Below are positions 36,851 through 45,304 of a stretch of DNA of 64,000 nt, one piece after another. This DNA is from Candidatus Eiseniibacteriota bacterium (GTDB lineage: Bacteria; Eisenbacteria; RBG-16-71-46): assembly GCA_035691845.1 (NCBI GenBank), contig DASSIN010000272.1, positions 936 to 64,935 on the forward strand, written 5' to 3'. The position numbers were made by a program, and so were the translations under genes. Numbering within the stretch: the stretch's first letter is position 1; each line of letters opens with the position of its first letter. The notes beneath the pieces were generated by a model. The model worked only from the letters and a program-made list of their open reading frames with translations. It ran no database searches and was not told where the DNA came from.

Positions 36851-38608
36851 ATGCGTCACATGTGCTGGTTCGTTCCCGTGGCGGTCGTCGCGAGCGTGGT
36901 GCCGGGGTCGCTCCTGGCTCCACGCGTCGCCTCGGCCGCCTGGCCGCCGTTCGGACGCGCGATCGCGACGGCTGTCAACGACCAACTGGGACCGAAGATC
37001 GTCCCGGACGGTGCGGGCGGCGCGATCGTCGCCTGGCTGGACCGCCGCACGCCCGCGCTGAATCTCTACGCCGATCACGTGCTGGCGTCTGGCGATCTGG
37101 ATGCGGGCTGGCCCGTGAACGGTCGGGCGCTGCTCACCGACTCGCTGGCCGCGGCGATCTTTCCCGAGGGCCAGGAGTTTCCCGCCGTCGCGCCGGACGG
37201 CGCGGGCGGCGCGATCGTGAGCTGGCCCGATGCCCGCAGCGCCTCCACGGGGCTCGACGTCTACGCCCAGCACGTGCTGGCCTCGGGCATCGTGGATCCC
37301 GCATGGCCCGTCAATGGCGCGGCGCTGTGCGCGGTGGCGGGGGCGCAGAATTCCGTCGTCATGCTCGCCGACGGAGCGGGTGGCGCATTCGTCGCGTGGA
37401 TCGACGGCCGCAGCGACCCCACCGCGGACGGGCTCGACATCTACGCGCAGCACGTGCTGGCCTCGGGCGCGGTGGATCCCGCATGGGCCGCCGGCGGCAC
37501 GGCCGTGTGCGTGGCAAATGGCGCACAAATTGGTCCGGTGCTCGCTTCGGACGGCGCCGGCGGTCTGCTCGTGAGCTGGTACGACCTGCGCAGCAGCGTC
37601 ACGGGTGACGACATCTACGCCCAGCACGTGCTGGGTTCGGGGACGGTGGATCCTGCATGGCCCATGAACGGCCGCGCCCTGTGCACCGCCCCCGGCACGC
37701 AGGCCGCGCCCGACATCGTCCCCGACGGCGCCCACGGCGCCATCGTCGCATGGCACGACGCGCGCGACGGCGTCAATCACATCTACGCGCAGCGCGTGCT
37801 GGCCTCGGGCGCGATCGCCCCCGGGTGGCCGGCCAACGGCCTGCCGGTGTCGGTCACGGGCGTCGACGAGGTCATCGCCAAGCTCGTTCCGGACGTCGCG
37901 GGCGGCGCGATCGTAACGTGGGGCGACGCGAGCGCGGGACATCATGCGATGCGCGCGGCGCACGTGCTCGGAGCGGGCGCCGTGGATCCCGCGTGGCCGG
38001 CCGGCGGCGTGGCGTTGAGCGGCACGCCGTCGGAGCAGACCTCGCAGGACGTGGCCCCCGACGGAAGCGGCGGAGCGTTCGTCGTCTGGCAGGTGGGCCT
38101 GGACGTCGTGGCGCAGCACGTGCTCGCCTCGGGGGCGCTCGACTCCGCGTTCCCGGCCGACGGACGCCCGGTGTGCGACCTGCCGAGCCGGCAGCAGAAT
38201 CCGGCGATCACAGACGATGGCGCGGGCGGGGCGATCGTGACCTGGATGGATTTCCGCAACGGCGTGGATTCGGACATCTTCGGGCTGCAGGTGCTGGCCG
38301 CGGGCACCTCCGGCGTGGCCGGCCCGACGCCGCGCGGGATCACGCTGGTGGCGGCTCCGAACCCGGCGCACGGTCCGCTGGCGCTGCGGTTCGCGCTGCC
38401 GCGGGCGATGCCGGTGACGCTCGCCATCTACGACGCGGACGGGCGGCGCGTGCGCACCCTGGCGGACGGCATGCGGCCGGCGGGCACGGAGATCGTGGGC
38501 TGGGACGTGCGCGACCGGGGTGGACGCGCGGTTCCCCCCGGGCTCTACTTCGCCCGGCTCGCGGCGGACGGACACGTGCTCGTCCGCCGGATCGCGAGAA
38601 TGCCGTGA
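36851..38608 (+). CDS. Secreted repeat protein with eight repeats of about 50 aa and a C-terminal FlgD-Ig / T9SS-like sorting domain
   Basis: After a signal peptide there are eight repeats with consensus 'PDGAGGAIV.W.D.R......DIYAQHVLASG.VDPAWP.NG.AL'. The C-terminal domain reads 'PNPAHGPLALRFALPRAMPVTLAIYDADGRRVRTLADG...GLYFARLAADG'. Confidence 0.7.
   Translation: MRHMCWFVPVAVVASVVPGSLLAPRVASAAWPPFGRAIATAVNDQLGPKIVPDGAGGAIVAWLDRRTPALNLYADHVLASGDLDAGWPVNGRALLTDSLAAAIFPEGQEFPAVAPDGAGGAIVSWPDARSASTGLDVYAQHVLASGIVDPAWPVNGAALCAVAGAQNSVVMLADGAGGAFVAWIDGRSDPTADGLDIYAQHVLASGAVDPAWAAGGTAVCVANGAQIGPVLASDGAGGLLVSWYDLRSSVTGDDIYAQHVLGSGTVDPAWPMNGRALCTAPGTQAAPDIVPDGAHGAIVAWHDARDGVNHIYAQRVLASGAIAPGWPANGLPVSVTGVDEVIAKLVPDVAGGAIVTWGDASAGHHAMRAAHVLGAGAVDPAWPAGGVALSGTPSEQTSQDVAPDGSGGAFVVWQVGLDVVAQHVLASGALDSAFPADGRPVCDLPSRQQNPAITDDGAGGAIVTWMDFRNGVDSDIFGLQVLAAGTSGVAGPTPRGITLVAAPNPAHGPLALRFALPRAMPVTLAIYDADGRRVRTLADGMRPAGTEIVGWDVRDRGGRAVPPGLYFARLAADGHVLVRRIARMP
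36962..38321 (+). repeat. Intragenic tandem DNA repeats of about 150 bp, eight units, diverged
   Basis: Recurring strings such as 'ccggacggcgcgggcggcgcgatcgt...tgg' and 'tacgcccagcacgtgctggcctcgggc' appear at roughly 150-180 bp intervals. Confidence 0.6.
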
Positions 38609-38628
38609 CGCCGGTGCCGGCGCCGGGA

Positions 38629-39672
38629 CTAACCCGCGTGCGCCGGGACGCGGGCGGGCCGCCGGTCCGCGCGCGCGCGGCGGGCGCGGCGCCACGCCGC
38701 CGGCGACTCGCCGACCTCGCGCTTGAACGCGCGCGAGAACGCGGCCTCGTTCTCGTAGCCGACCTCGAGCGCGATCTCGATCACCTTGGCATCCGTGTCG
38801 CGCAGCCACCCCGCGGCGAGCTGCATCCGCCAACGCGCCAGGTACTGAATCGGCGGCTGTCCGATGAAGTGAACGAAGCGCTCGTGCAGCGTGGAGCGCG
38901 ACAGCGCGGCCTGCTCGGCCAGACGCTCGAGCGTCCACGGCTCGCCCGGCCGCTCGTGGATGAGCGCGAGCGCGCGCCCCGCCGCCGGATCGCGCATGCC
39001 GGACAGCCATCCGGTGTGCTCGGCGGGCAGCGCGTCGGCGTAGCGCCGCAGCACCTCCACGAACAGCATCTCGCTCATGCGCTCCAGCACGGCTTCGCCG
39101 CCTGGCCGCTTGCGGTTCGACTCCTCCACGGCCGAGCCGAGGAAGTGGGCGATCCACGGGCTGCCTTGGGCGACGCCGGCCATGCGCACCGCGCGTGGCA
39201 GCGACGCCAGCAGCGGATTGAACGGCCGCGCGTCGCAGCCCAGGAACCCGCACACCAGCGTGGTGCGCTGGTCGCCGCCGCCATCCAGCAGCGCGGTGGT
39301 CTCGCCGCTGGCGGTCACGCTCAACGAGAACGGCAGTTGCGGCGGCTTGGGGGTGAAGTAGATGCGCGGATCCACCACCTCCGCGCGCAGGCCGGGCGCG
39401 CTCGACATCACGTGATGATCGCCGTGCGGGAACAGCACGACGTCCCCCTCGTGCAGGCGGATCGGCTCCTGGCCGACGATGGCGGCCCAGCACGAGCCGC
39501 GCGCGACGCCGTGGAACTCCATCATGTGCTCGACGCCCGGAAGGATCGCGGGAATGAGCTCGCGCTGGTTCGGCGTCTCGGCCACCCACGGGTCGGCGCC
39601 CTCGATGTAGAAGAACACCGCGCCGCGCAGTCGCACCGCGCGCAGCAGATCGGAAAGGGTGTCGCCGCTCAT
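38629..39672 (-). CDS. AraC-family transcriptional regulator with an N-terminal cupin-type sensor domain
   Basis: The AraC HTH 'TLERLAEQAALSRSTLHERFVHFIGQPPIQYLARWRMQLAAGWL...AFKREVGESPAAWRR' is present. Confidence 0.8.
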   Translation of the reverse strand: MSGDTLSDLLRAVRLRGAVFFYIEGADPWVAETPNQRELIPAILPGVEHMMEFHGVARGSCWAAIVGQEPIRLHEGDVVLFPHGDHHVMSSAPGLRAEVVDPRIYFTPKPPQLPFSLSVTASGETTALLDGGGDQRTTLVCGFLGCDARPFNPLLASLPRAVRMAGVAQGSPWIAHFLGSAVEESNRKRPGGEAVLERMSEMLFVEVLRRYADALPAEHTGWLSGMRDPAAGRALALIHERPGEPWTLERLAEQAALSRSTLHERFVHFIGQPPIQYLARWRMQLAAGWLRDTDAKVIEIALEVGYENEAAFSRAFKREVGESPAAWRRARRARADRRPARVPAHAG

Positions 39673-39845
39673 CGTGTCTCCAGCGGGGGCCAGGCCGGGA
39701 CGGCGGGGGATCCGTCATCGGGGGATCCGGCGTCGGACGATCGGCACAGTGTTTCCGACGGGGGGCAGGGCGTCAACGCCGGCGTTTGCGGCAGGGTGCG
39801 CATCTGCAGATGAGCACACGCCGTCAACCCCCGAGGAGGCAGCCC

Positions 39846-40670
39846 ATGAGCACCTTGAACGTTCAGTCCGCGCCCGACGACGCCATCAAGTCACGCCAGC
39901 AGGCCACCTGGAGCTCTGCCGACTACGGTCGCATCGGGATTCGGCTGCAGATCGTGGGCGAGTCGCTGTGCGAAGCGGTCGATCTCCGCGCTACCGACGC
40001 CGTGATCGACGTCGCCGCCGGCAATGGCAACGCCTCGCTGGCCGCGGCCCGGCGGTTCGCCGACGTGACGTCCACCGACTACGTGGCCGAGTTGCTCGAC
40101 CAGGGGCTGCGGCGCGCGGAGGCCGAGGGGCTCGCGATCGTGACCCGCGTGGCCGACGCCGAGCGGCTGCCGTTCGGCGACGGCGCGTTCGACGTGGCGC
40201 TGTCCACGTTCGGGGTGATGTTCGCCCCGAACCAGCCCCGCGCCGCCTCCGAGCTGCTGCGCGTCGTCAAGCCGGGTGGCCGCATCGGGCTCGCCAACTG
40301 GACGCCCGACGGATTCGTGGGCGAGCTGTTCCGCGTGATCGGGCGGTTCGTGCCGCCGCCGCCCGGGATCGCGCCGCCGGTCGCGTGGGGCATGGAGACG
40401 CGGCTGGTCGAGCTGTTCGGCCCGCACGCCAGCGACATCCGCACCGAACGCAAGGCGTACGTGTTCCGGTACGTGTCGGCCGCGCACTGGATCGACGAAT
40501 TCCGCCGCTTCTACGGCCCGGTGCACAAGGCGTTCGAGGCGCTCGACGCCGCCGGCCAGCAGCAGTTGCAGCGGGCGCTGCAGGAGCTGCTCGACAAGCA
40601 CAATCGGGGCGGCGCCGACGCGCTGCTCGTGCCTTCCGAATACCTGGAGATCGTGATCCGTCGCGCGTGA
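39846..40670 (+). CDS. Class I SAM-dependent methyltransferase (Methyltransf_11-like)
   Basis: A GAGGAGG RBS precedes it. The SAM motif 'VIDVAAGNGNASLAAARR' and motif II 'VKPGGRIGLANW' are present. Confidence 0.75.
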   Translation: MSTLNVQSAPDDAIKSRQQATWSSADYGRIGIRLQIVGESLCEAVDLRATDAVIDVAAGNGNASLAAARRFADVTSTDYVAELLDQGLRRAEAEGLAIVTRVADAERLPFGDGAFDVALSTFGVMFAPNQPRAASELLRVVKPGGRIGLANWTPDGFVGELFRVIGRFVPPPPGIAPPVAWGMETRLVELFGPHASDIRTERKAYVFRYVSAAHWIDEFRRFYGPVHKAFEALDAAGQQQLQRALQELLDKHNRGGADALLVPSEYLEIVIRRA

Positions 40671-40842
40671 CGCGGGGATCGATGAAGCAGGCGCTGGCAC
40701 AGGCGGCGCCCCAGCCGGCGATGCCGGCGCTATATAGTGACGCTCGTCTTGGGGCTCTCCACGACTGGAACCCGGACGACGAGCGGTTCCACCCGGTCCG
40801 ACGCATCCATCGGTCGCACGGCGACCTCACGAGGAGGACACC

Positions 40843-42228
40843 ATGGCCTCTCTGCAGCAACTGAAGATCGACGAGCTGGGTGCCGGATTCTCGGGCCAGC
40901 TGCTGGCGCCCGGCAGCGACGGATACGATGTCGCCCGCCGCATCTGGAACGCGATGGTGGACAAACGCCCGGCGCTGATCGCGCGCTGCGTCACGCGCGA
41001 GGACGTGGTGCGGGCGGTGGACTTCGCGCGCCGTTACGGCCTGGCGCTCGCGGTGCGCGGCGGCGGCCACAACATCGCGGGCAGCGCGATGCTGGACGGC
41101 GGCCTGGTGATCGACCTGTCGCCGATGCGAGCGGTGACGGTGGACGTGCCCGGGCGGCGGGTGACGATCGAAGGCGGCGCCACGCTCGCCGACCTGGACG
41201 CGGCCACCCAGCCCCACGGACTCGCCACGCCGGCCGGCATCAACTCCACGACCGGCATCGCCGGATTGACGCTGGGCGGCGGGTTCGGCTGGCTGAGCCG
41301 GAAGTACGGGATGACGGTCGACAACCTGATCTCGGCCGAAGTGGTCACCGCCGCGGGCGAGGTGGTGCGCGCCAGCGCGACCGAGCACCCGGACCTGTTC
41401 TGGGCGCTGTGCGGCGGCAGCGGGAACTTCGGCGTGGTGACGCGCTTCGAGTTCCAGCTGCACGCGGTCGGCCCGGACGTGTTGAGCGGTCTGATCGTGT
41501 ACCCGATCGCGCAGGCGAAGGCGGTGCTGCAGCGGTATCGCGAGTTCGTGGCTGCCGCGCCGGACGAGCTCACCGTGTGGGGCGTGATGCGACTCGCGCC
41601 GCCGCTGCCGTTCCTGCCGCCGGACGTGCACGGCCGGCCGGTGCTGGTGCTGGCGCTGATGTACGCGGGCGATCCGCAGCGGGGCGAACAGCTGATCGCG
41701 CCGCTGACGCAGTTCGGCACGCCGGCCGGCGCTCACGTCGGGGTGCAGCCGTACGCGGCGTGGCAGCAGGCGTTCGATCCGCTGCTCACGCCCGGCGCAC
41801 GCAACTACTGGAAGTCGCACAACATGGTCGCGCTCGAGGACGGGTTGGTGGATGCCGCGATCGCCGCGGTCGGCACGCTGCCGTCGCCGCACGGCGAGAT
41901 CTTCATCGCATCGCTGGGCGGCGCGACGATGCGGCCCGCGCCGGAGGCAACCGCCTACGCCCATCGCGGCACGCGCTACGTGCTGAACGTGCACGCCCGC
42001 TGGGAGGATGCGGCCGACGACGCGAGCAACGTGCGCTGGGCACGCGACGTGTTCGAGGCGATGGCGCCGTTCGCGAGCGCCGGCGTGTACGTCAACTTCC
42101 TGACCGCGGACGAGGCGGATCGCGTGCGTGTGGCGTACGGGCCGAACTACGAGCGTCTGGCGCAGGTGAAGCGTCGCTACGATCCGGACAACCTGTTCCG
42201 CTCGAACCAGAACATCACGCCGGCGTGA
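40843..42228 (+). CDS. FAD-linked oxidase (FAD_binding_4 + BBE-like C-terminal domain)
   Basis: Motifs 'LAVRGGGHNIAGSAMLDGGLVIDLS' and 'AGLTLGGGFGWLSRKYG' are present and the C-terminus reads 'YDPDNLFRSNQNI'. Confidence 0.8.
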   Translation: MASLQQLKIDELGAGFSGQLLAPGSDGYDVARRIWNAMVDKRPALIARCVTREDVVRAVDFARRYGLALAVRGGGHNIAGSAMLDGGLVIDLSPMRAVTVDVPGRRVTIEGGATLADLDAATQPHGLATPAGINSTTGIAGLTLGGGFGWLSRKYGMTVDNLISAEVVTAAGEVVRASATEHPDLFWALCGGSGNFGVVTRFEFQLHAVGPDVLSGLIVYPIAQAKAVLQRYREFVAAAPDELTVWGVMRLAPPLPFLPPDVHGRPVLVLALMYAGDPQRGEQLIAPLTQFGTPAGAHVGVQPYAAWQQAFDPLLTPGARNYWKSHNMVALEDGLVDAAIAAVGTLPSPHGEIFIASLGGATMRPAPEATAYAHRGTRYVLNVHARWEDAADDASNVRWARDVFEAMAPFASAGVYVNFLTADEADRVRVAYGPNYERLAQVKRRYDPDNLFRSNQNITPA

Positions 42229-42383
42229 ACCAGGGGCCGGCGTGCCAGCGGTGTCCGTCCGGGCGGCCGGGAAGCCTGCTCGACCGGTCGCGGTCCGCGG
42301 AGGGCTACGCGGGCTGTGTGAGGGCACGGCGAACCCCGGCCGTTCGGCGGGCGTGATTCCCATATGATGTCCAGGGAGGTCGC

Positions 42384-43643
42384 ATGTTGCAGCGGGTGAT
42401 GGCGTGGATGGCGGTCGCGGCGGTGTCGCTCGCACTCGGGGCCCCGGCGCGCGCGCAGGAATGGAGGCGCGTCACGGCGCTGCCCGCGAGCGACGTGTTC
42501 GCGTTGCGGGCGATGGGCGACACGCTCGTCGCCGGCATGGACACCACCGTGTTCGTGAGCACGGATGGCGGCGGCACATGGCGCCCGCCCGTTCGGGTCG
42601 CGGTCGATGTGGCGGTGGTGGACGCGGTCCTGCTCCGGAACGGCCGGTCGTATGCGGGCACGTTGGGCCAGGGCGTGTTCGTCAGCGACGACCTGGGCGC
42701 GAGCTGGCAGCCGTTCAACGACGGCCTGACCGGCGGCCTGTTCGACTCGCAGCTCGACGTGGCCGATCTCGAAGCGAGGGGCGACAGCCTGTACGCGGCC
42801 ACCCAGGGTGCCGGCGTGTACGTGCGCAGGCTGACCCCGGCCGACACGTGGCATCCGTACGGTGACGCGTTCGAGCCCAACCAGGCGCCGAACGTCAGCG
42901 ACCTGGCGTCCGACGGCGCGCGGCTGGTGGCGTGCGCGGGCGGGAACGGCATGATGTTCACGCGCGATCCCGCCGACCCCGACTGGACGGTGAGCTTTCT
43001 CGACGACGTCGGCATCCACGCGGGGCTCGCCCCCGAAGCCGCGCTGTGGACGGGCTCGAGCTGGGTGGTGGGCACGAATCTCGGCGTGTTCGCGAGCCCC
43101 ACGGGCCTGCAGCCGTGGACGCGGACGCAGACGCCGCTCACCCAGGTCCACGGCAGCGCGTTCGCGCTGCGCGGTGGAACGCTGATCGGCGCGTTCGACC
43201 TGCAGGATCTCGCGGTGATCCAGGAGAGCGTGGACCAGGGCGCGACCTGGTCCAACGTGGAGACGCTGTTGCAGACGTTCGTCTACCAGCTCGTGGTGCA
43301 GGGCGGGAACCTGTTCGCCGCGCGCGCGGACGGGCTGTGGGTGCGCCGGGCCACGACGTCCGTGCCGGAGGCCCGTGGGCCGGGCGCGCTGCGAGTCGCG
43401 CTCGTCGGGCCCAACCCCGTTCGTGACGTGGCGCAGTTCCGGTTCGAGCTGCCGCGCGCGGGCGAGGCGGCGCTCGAGCTGTTCGACGTGGCGGGACGCG
43501 CCGCGGCGCGCGTATCGGGGTTCTGGAGCGCGGGCGTGCACGAGACGAGCGTGGATGCCGCCCAGCTCGCGCCCGGCGTCTACGGCGCGCGGCTGACCTC
43601 GGGCGGCGCCAGCGCCACGACGCGGGTGGTTCGGGTACTCTAG
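42384..43643 (+). CDS. Secreted BNR/Asp-box repeat protein (Ycf48/sialidase-like beta-propeller) with a FlgD-Ig / T9SS-like C-terminal domain
   Basis: The signal peptide 'MAWMAVAAVSLALGAPARA' is present. The Asp-box motifs are 'STDGGGTWRP', 'SDDLGASWQP' and 'DQGATWSNV'. The C-terminal domain reads 'VGPNPVRDVAQFRFELPRAGEAALELFDVAGR...GVYGARL'. Confidence 0.7.
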   Translation: MLQRVMAWMAVAAVSLALGAPARAQEWRRVTALPASDVFALRAMGDTLVAGMDTTVFVSTDGGGTWRPPVRVAVDVAVVDAVLLRNGRSYAGTLGQGVFVSDDLGASWQPFNDGLTGGLFDSQLDVADLEARGDSLYAATQGAGVYVRRLTPADTWHPYGDAFEPNQAPNVSDLASDGARLVACAGGNGMMFTRDPADPDWTVSFLDDVGIHAGLAPEAALWTGSSWVVGTNLGVFASPTGLQPWTRTQTPLTQVHGSAFALRGGTLIGAFDLQDLAVIQESVDQGATWSNVETLLQTFVYQLVVQGGNLFAARADGLWVRRATTSVPEARGPGALRVALVGPNPVRDVAQFRFELPRAGEAALELFDVAGRAAARVSGFWSAGVHETSVDAAQLAPGVYGARLTSGGASATTRVVRVL

Positions 43644-43714
43644 GGCGACCCGCAGCGGTTCGACCGGTCCACATGCCCGACGGACCGCCCGGGGGACCGC
43701 CCCGAGGGGACCCG

Positions 43715-44596
43715 ATGGCCGTGCCCACCCAGACCATCGCCTCGCCGCCTCAGTCGCCGGCGTCCGGCGCGTCCAACGGACTGCTCCGGTTCTTCGTCCT
43801 CACGTTCGCGTTCACGTGGACCTGCTTTCTGCTCGCGGTCGCGTGGACGCGCGGGCGCGCGCCCGGCGCGAGCCTGTCGGCGGGGGTGCAGGCGATCGTG
43901 CTGCTCGGCACGTTCGCGCCGGCGATCGTGGCGCTCGCGCTCACCGCGCGCGCATCGCATGCCCCTGGCGTGCGCGCGCTGCTCGCGCGGCTCGTGCGCT
44001 GGGAGGTGGGCGGCCGCTGGTACGCGTTCGCGCTCGGCTACACGGTTGCGGTCAAGCTCGGCGGCGCCGTGCTGACGCACATCGTGACCGGCGCCTGGCC
44101 GCGGTTCGCCTGGGCCGCCGCGCCACTACTGCTGGCGGCCACGCTGTTCTCGACGCTGGTCGGCGGACAGCTGGGGGAGGAGCTCGGCTGGCGCGGGTTC
44201 GCGTTGCCACGGCTCGCCCGGCGCATCGGACTTTCGGGCGCGAGCCTGGTGCTGGGTGCGATCTGGGCGGCCTGGCACCTGCCGCTGTTCTACGTGCATG
44301 GGGCCGACACGTTCGGGCAGTCGTTCCCGTTCTACCTGCTGCAGGTGAGCGGACTGTCGGTGGCGGTGGCGTGGCTGTGGTGGCGCACCCGGGGCAGCCT
44401 GCTGCTCACGATGCTGATGCACGCCGCGATCAACAACCTGAGCCCGATCGTTCCTGCGCTGGCGCGCGCGCCGGCCGATCCGTTCACGCCCGCGGCACCG
44501 CTGCAGTCGTGGGTGACGCTCGCCGTGCTGTGGGCCACCGCGGCCGTGCTGCTGTGGCAGATGCGCAACGCCGATCCAGCCGCGTGGGAGCGCTGA
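43715..44596 (+). CDS. CPBP-family intramembrane metalloprotease (CAAX protease-like)
   Basis: Multiple TM helices, the motif 'GEELGWRGFALPRL' and the second motif 'LLTMLMHAAINN' are present. Confidence 0.75.
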   Translation: MAVPTQTIASPPQSPASGASNGLLRFFVLTFAFTWTCFLLAVAWTRGRAPGASLSAGVQAIVLLGTFAPAIVALALTARASHAPGVRALLARLVRWEVGGRWYAFALGYTVAVKLGGAVLTHIVTGAWPRFAWAAAPLLLAATLFSTLVGGQLGEELGWRGFALPRLARRIGLSGASLVLGAIWAAWHLPLFYVHGADTFGQSFPFYLLQVSGLSVAVAWLWWRTRGSLLLTMLMHAAINNLSPIVPALARAPADPFTPAAPLQSWVTLAVLWATAAVLLWQMRNADPAAWER

Positions 44597-44605
44597 CGGC
44601 GCGCA

Positions 44606-45151
44606 TCACGCGCGCCCGAGCCGCTCCATGTCCTCCGCCAGCGCCGCCAGCGCTTCGCCGGTGAGCATGTCCCTCGCCATCGGGAACAGGATCATCTCCT
44701 CCTTCTCGAAGTGGGCGTCGATCAGCGCCAGCAGCCGTCCGGCGGCGGCGTGCAGCGTCGCGGCGTCCGCATCCCCCGCCGCAAGGGCTCCCAGCCGTGC
44801 GCCGCCTGCCACGATGGCAGGATGCTCGACCTCCTCCAGCTCGTGGAGCGTGGCGCGGAACCGCGCGGTCTGCTCATGGATGTCGCGGTGCTCGTCCCGC
44901 ATCGCCGCGGTGGGCCCGCCACCCTCGCCGAACACGCGCTCCAGCGCGGGAAACAGCACCTCGTCCTCCTTGCGCGCGTGGGCCGCCAGCGCCTCGCCCA
45001 ATGCATGCACCACACCCGCCAGGTTCAAGCCCGGCCGCATGATGGCGGGCCCGGCCCCCGCATCCGGCGGGCGCGCGGCCGCGCGCAGCGGCGCGAGCTG
45101 GCCGGCGATCCGGCGGTGATCCTCCAGCAGCACATCGATGGCATCACCCAT
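44606..45151 (-). CDS. Hemerythrin HHE cation-binding domain protein
   Basis: 'IDVLLEDHRRIAGQL' and 'LIDAHFEKEEMILFPMA' are present, with the H/E ligands spaced as in the hemerythrin fold. The N-terminal 31 aa of the ORF were trimmed. Confidence 0.7.
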   Translation of the reverse strand: MGDAIDVLLEDHRRIAGQLAPLRAAARPPDAGAGPAIMRPGLNLAGVVHALGEALAAHARKEDEVLFPALERVFGEGGGPTAAMRDEHRDIHEQTARFRATLHELEEVEHPAIVAGGARLGALAAGDADAATLHAAAGRLLALIDAHFEKEEMILFPMARDMLTGEALAALAEDMERLGRA

Positions 45152-45252
45152 GGCGTCCTCCGCGGGGTGGCGCGCCGGCGCCGCGGCGCCGCAGTCGGCG
45201 GCGTGCCGGCCTCGATCCGGCGCATCGGCCACCGCGCCCGTCACATTGCACC

Positions 45253-45287
45253 TTGACAGAGTTCGACTGCGGATTCAAATTTTGAAT
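45253..45287 (+). promoter_or_regulatory. AT-rich promoter/operator patch: TTGACA -35 box plus perfect 7-1-7 palindrome ATTCAAATTTTGAAT upstream of the TetR-led aryl-CoA operon
   Basis: This is the only AT-rich stretch in the 153-bp divergent intergenic region. TTGACA is at 45253-58 and the palindrome at 45273-87. Confidence 0.35.
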
Positions 45288-45304
45288 GTAGCTTCAAACG
45301 CAAC

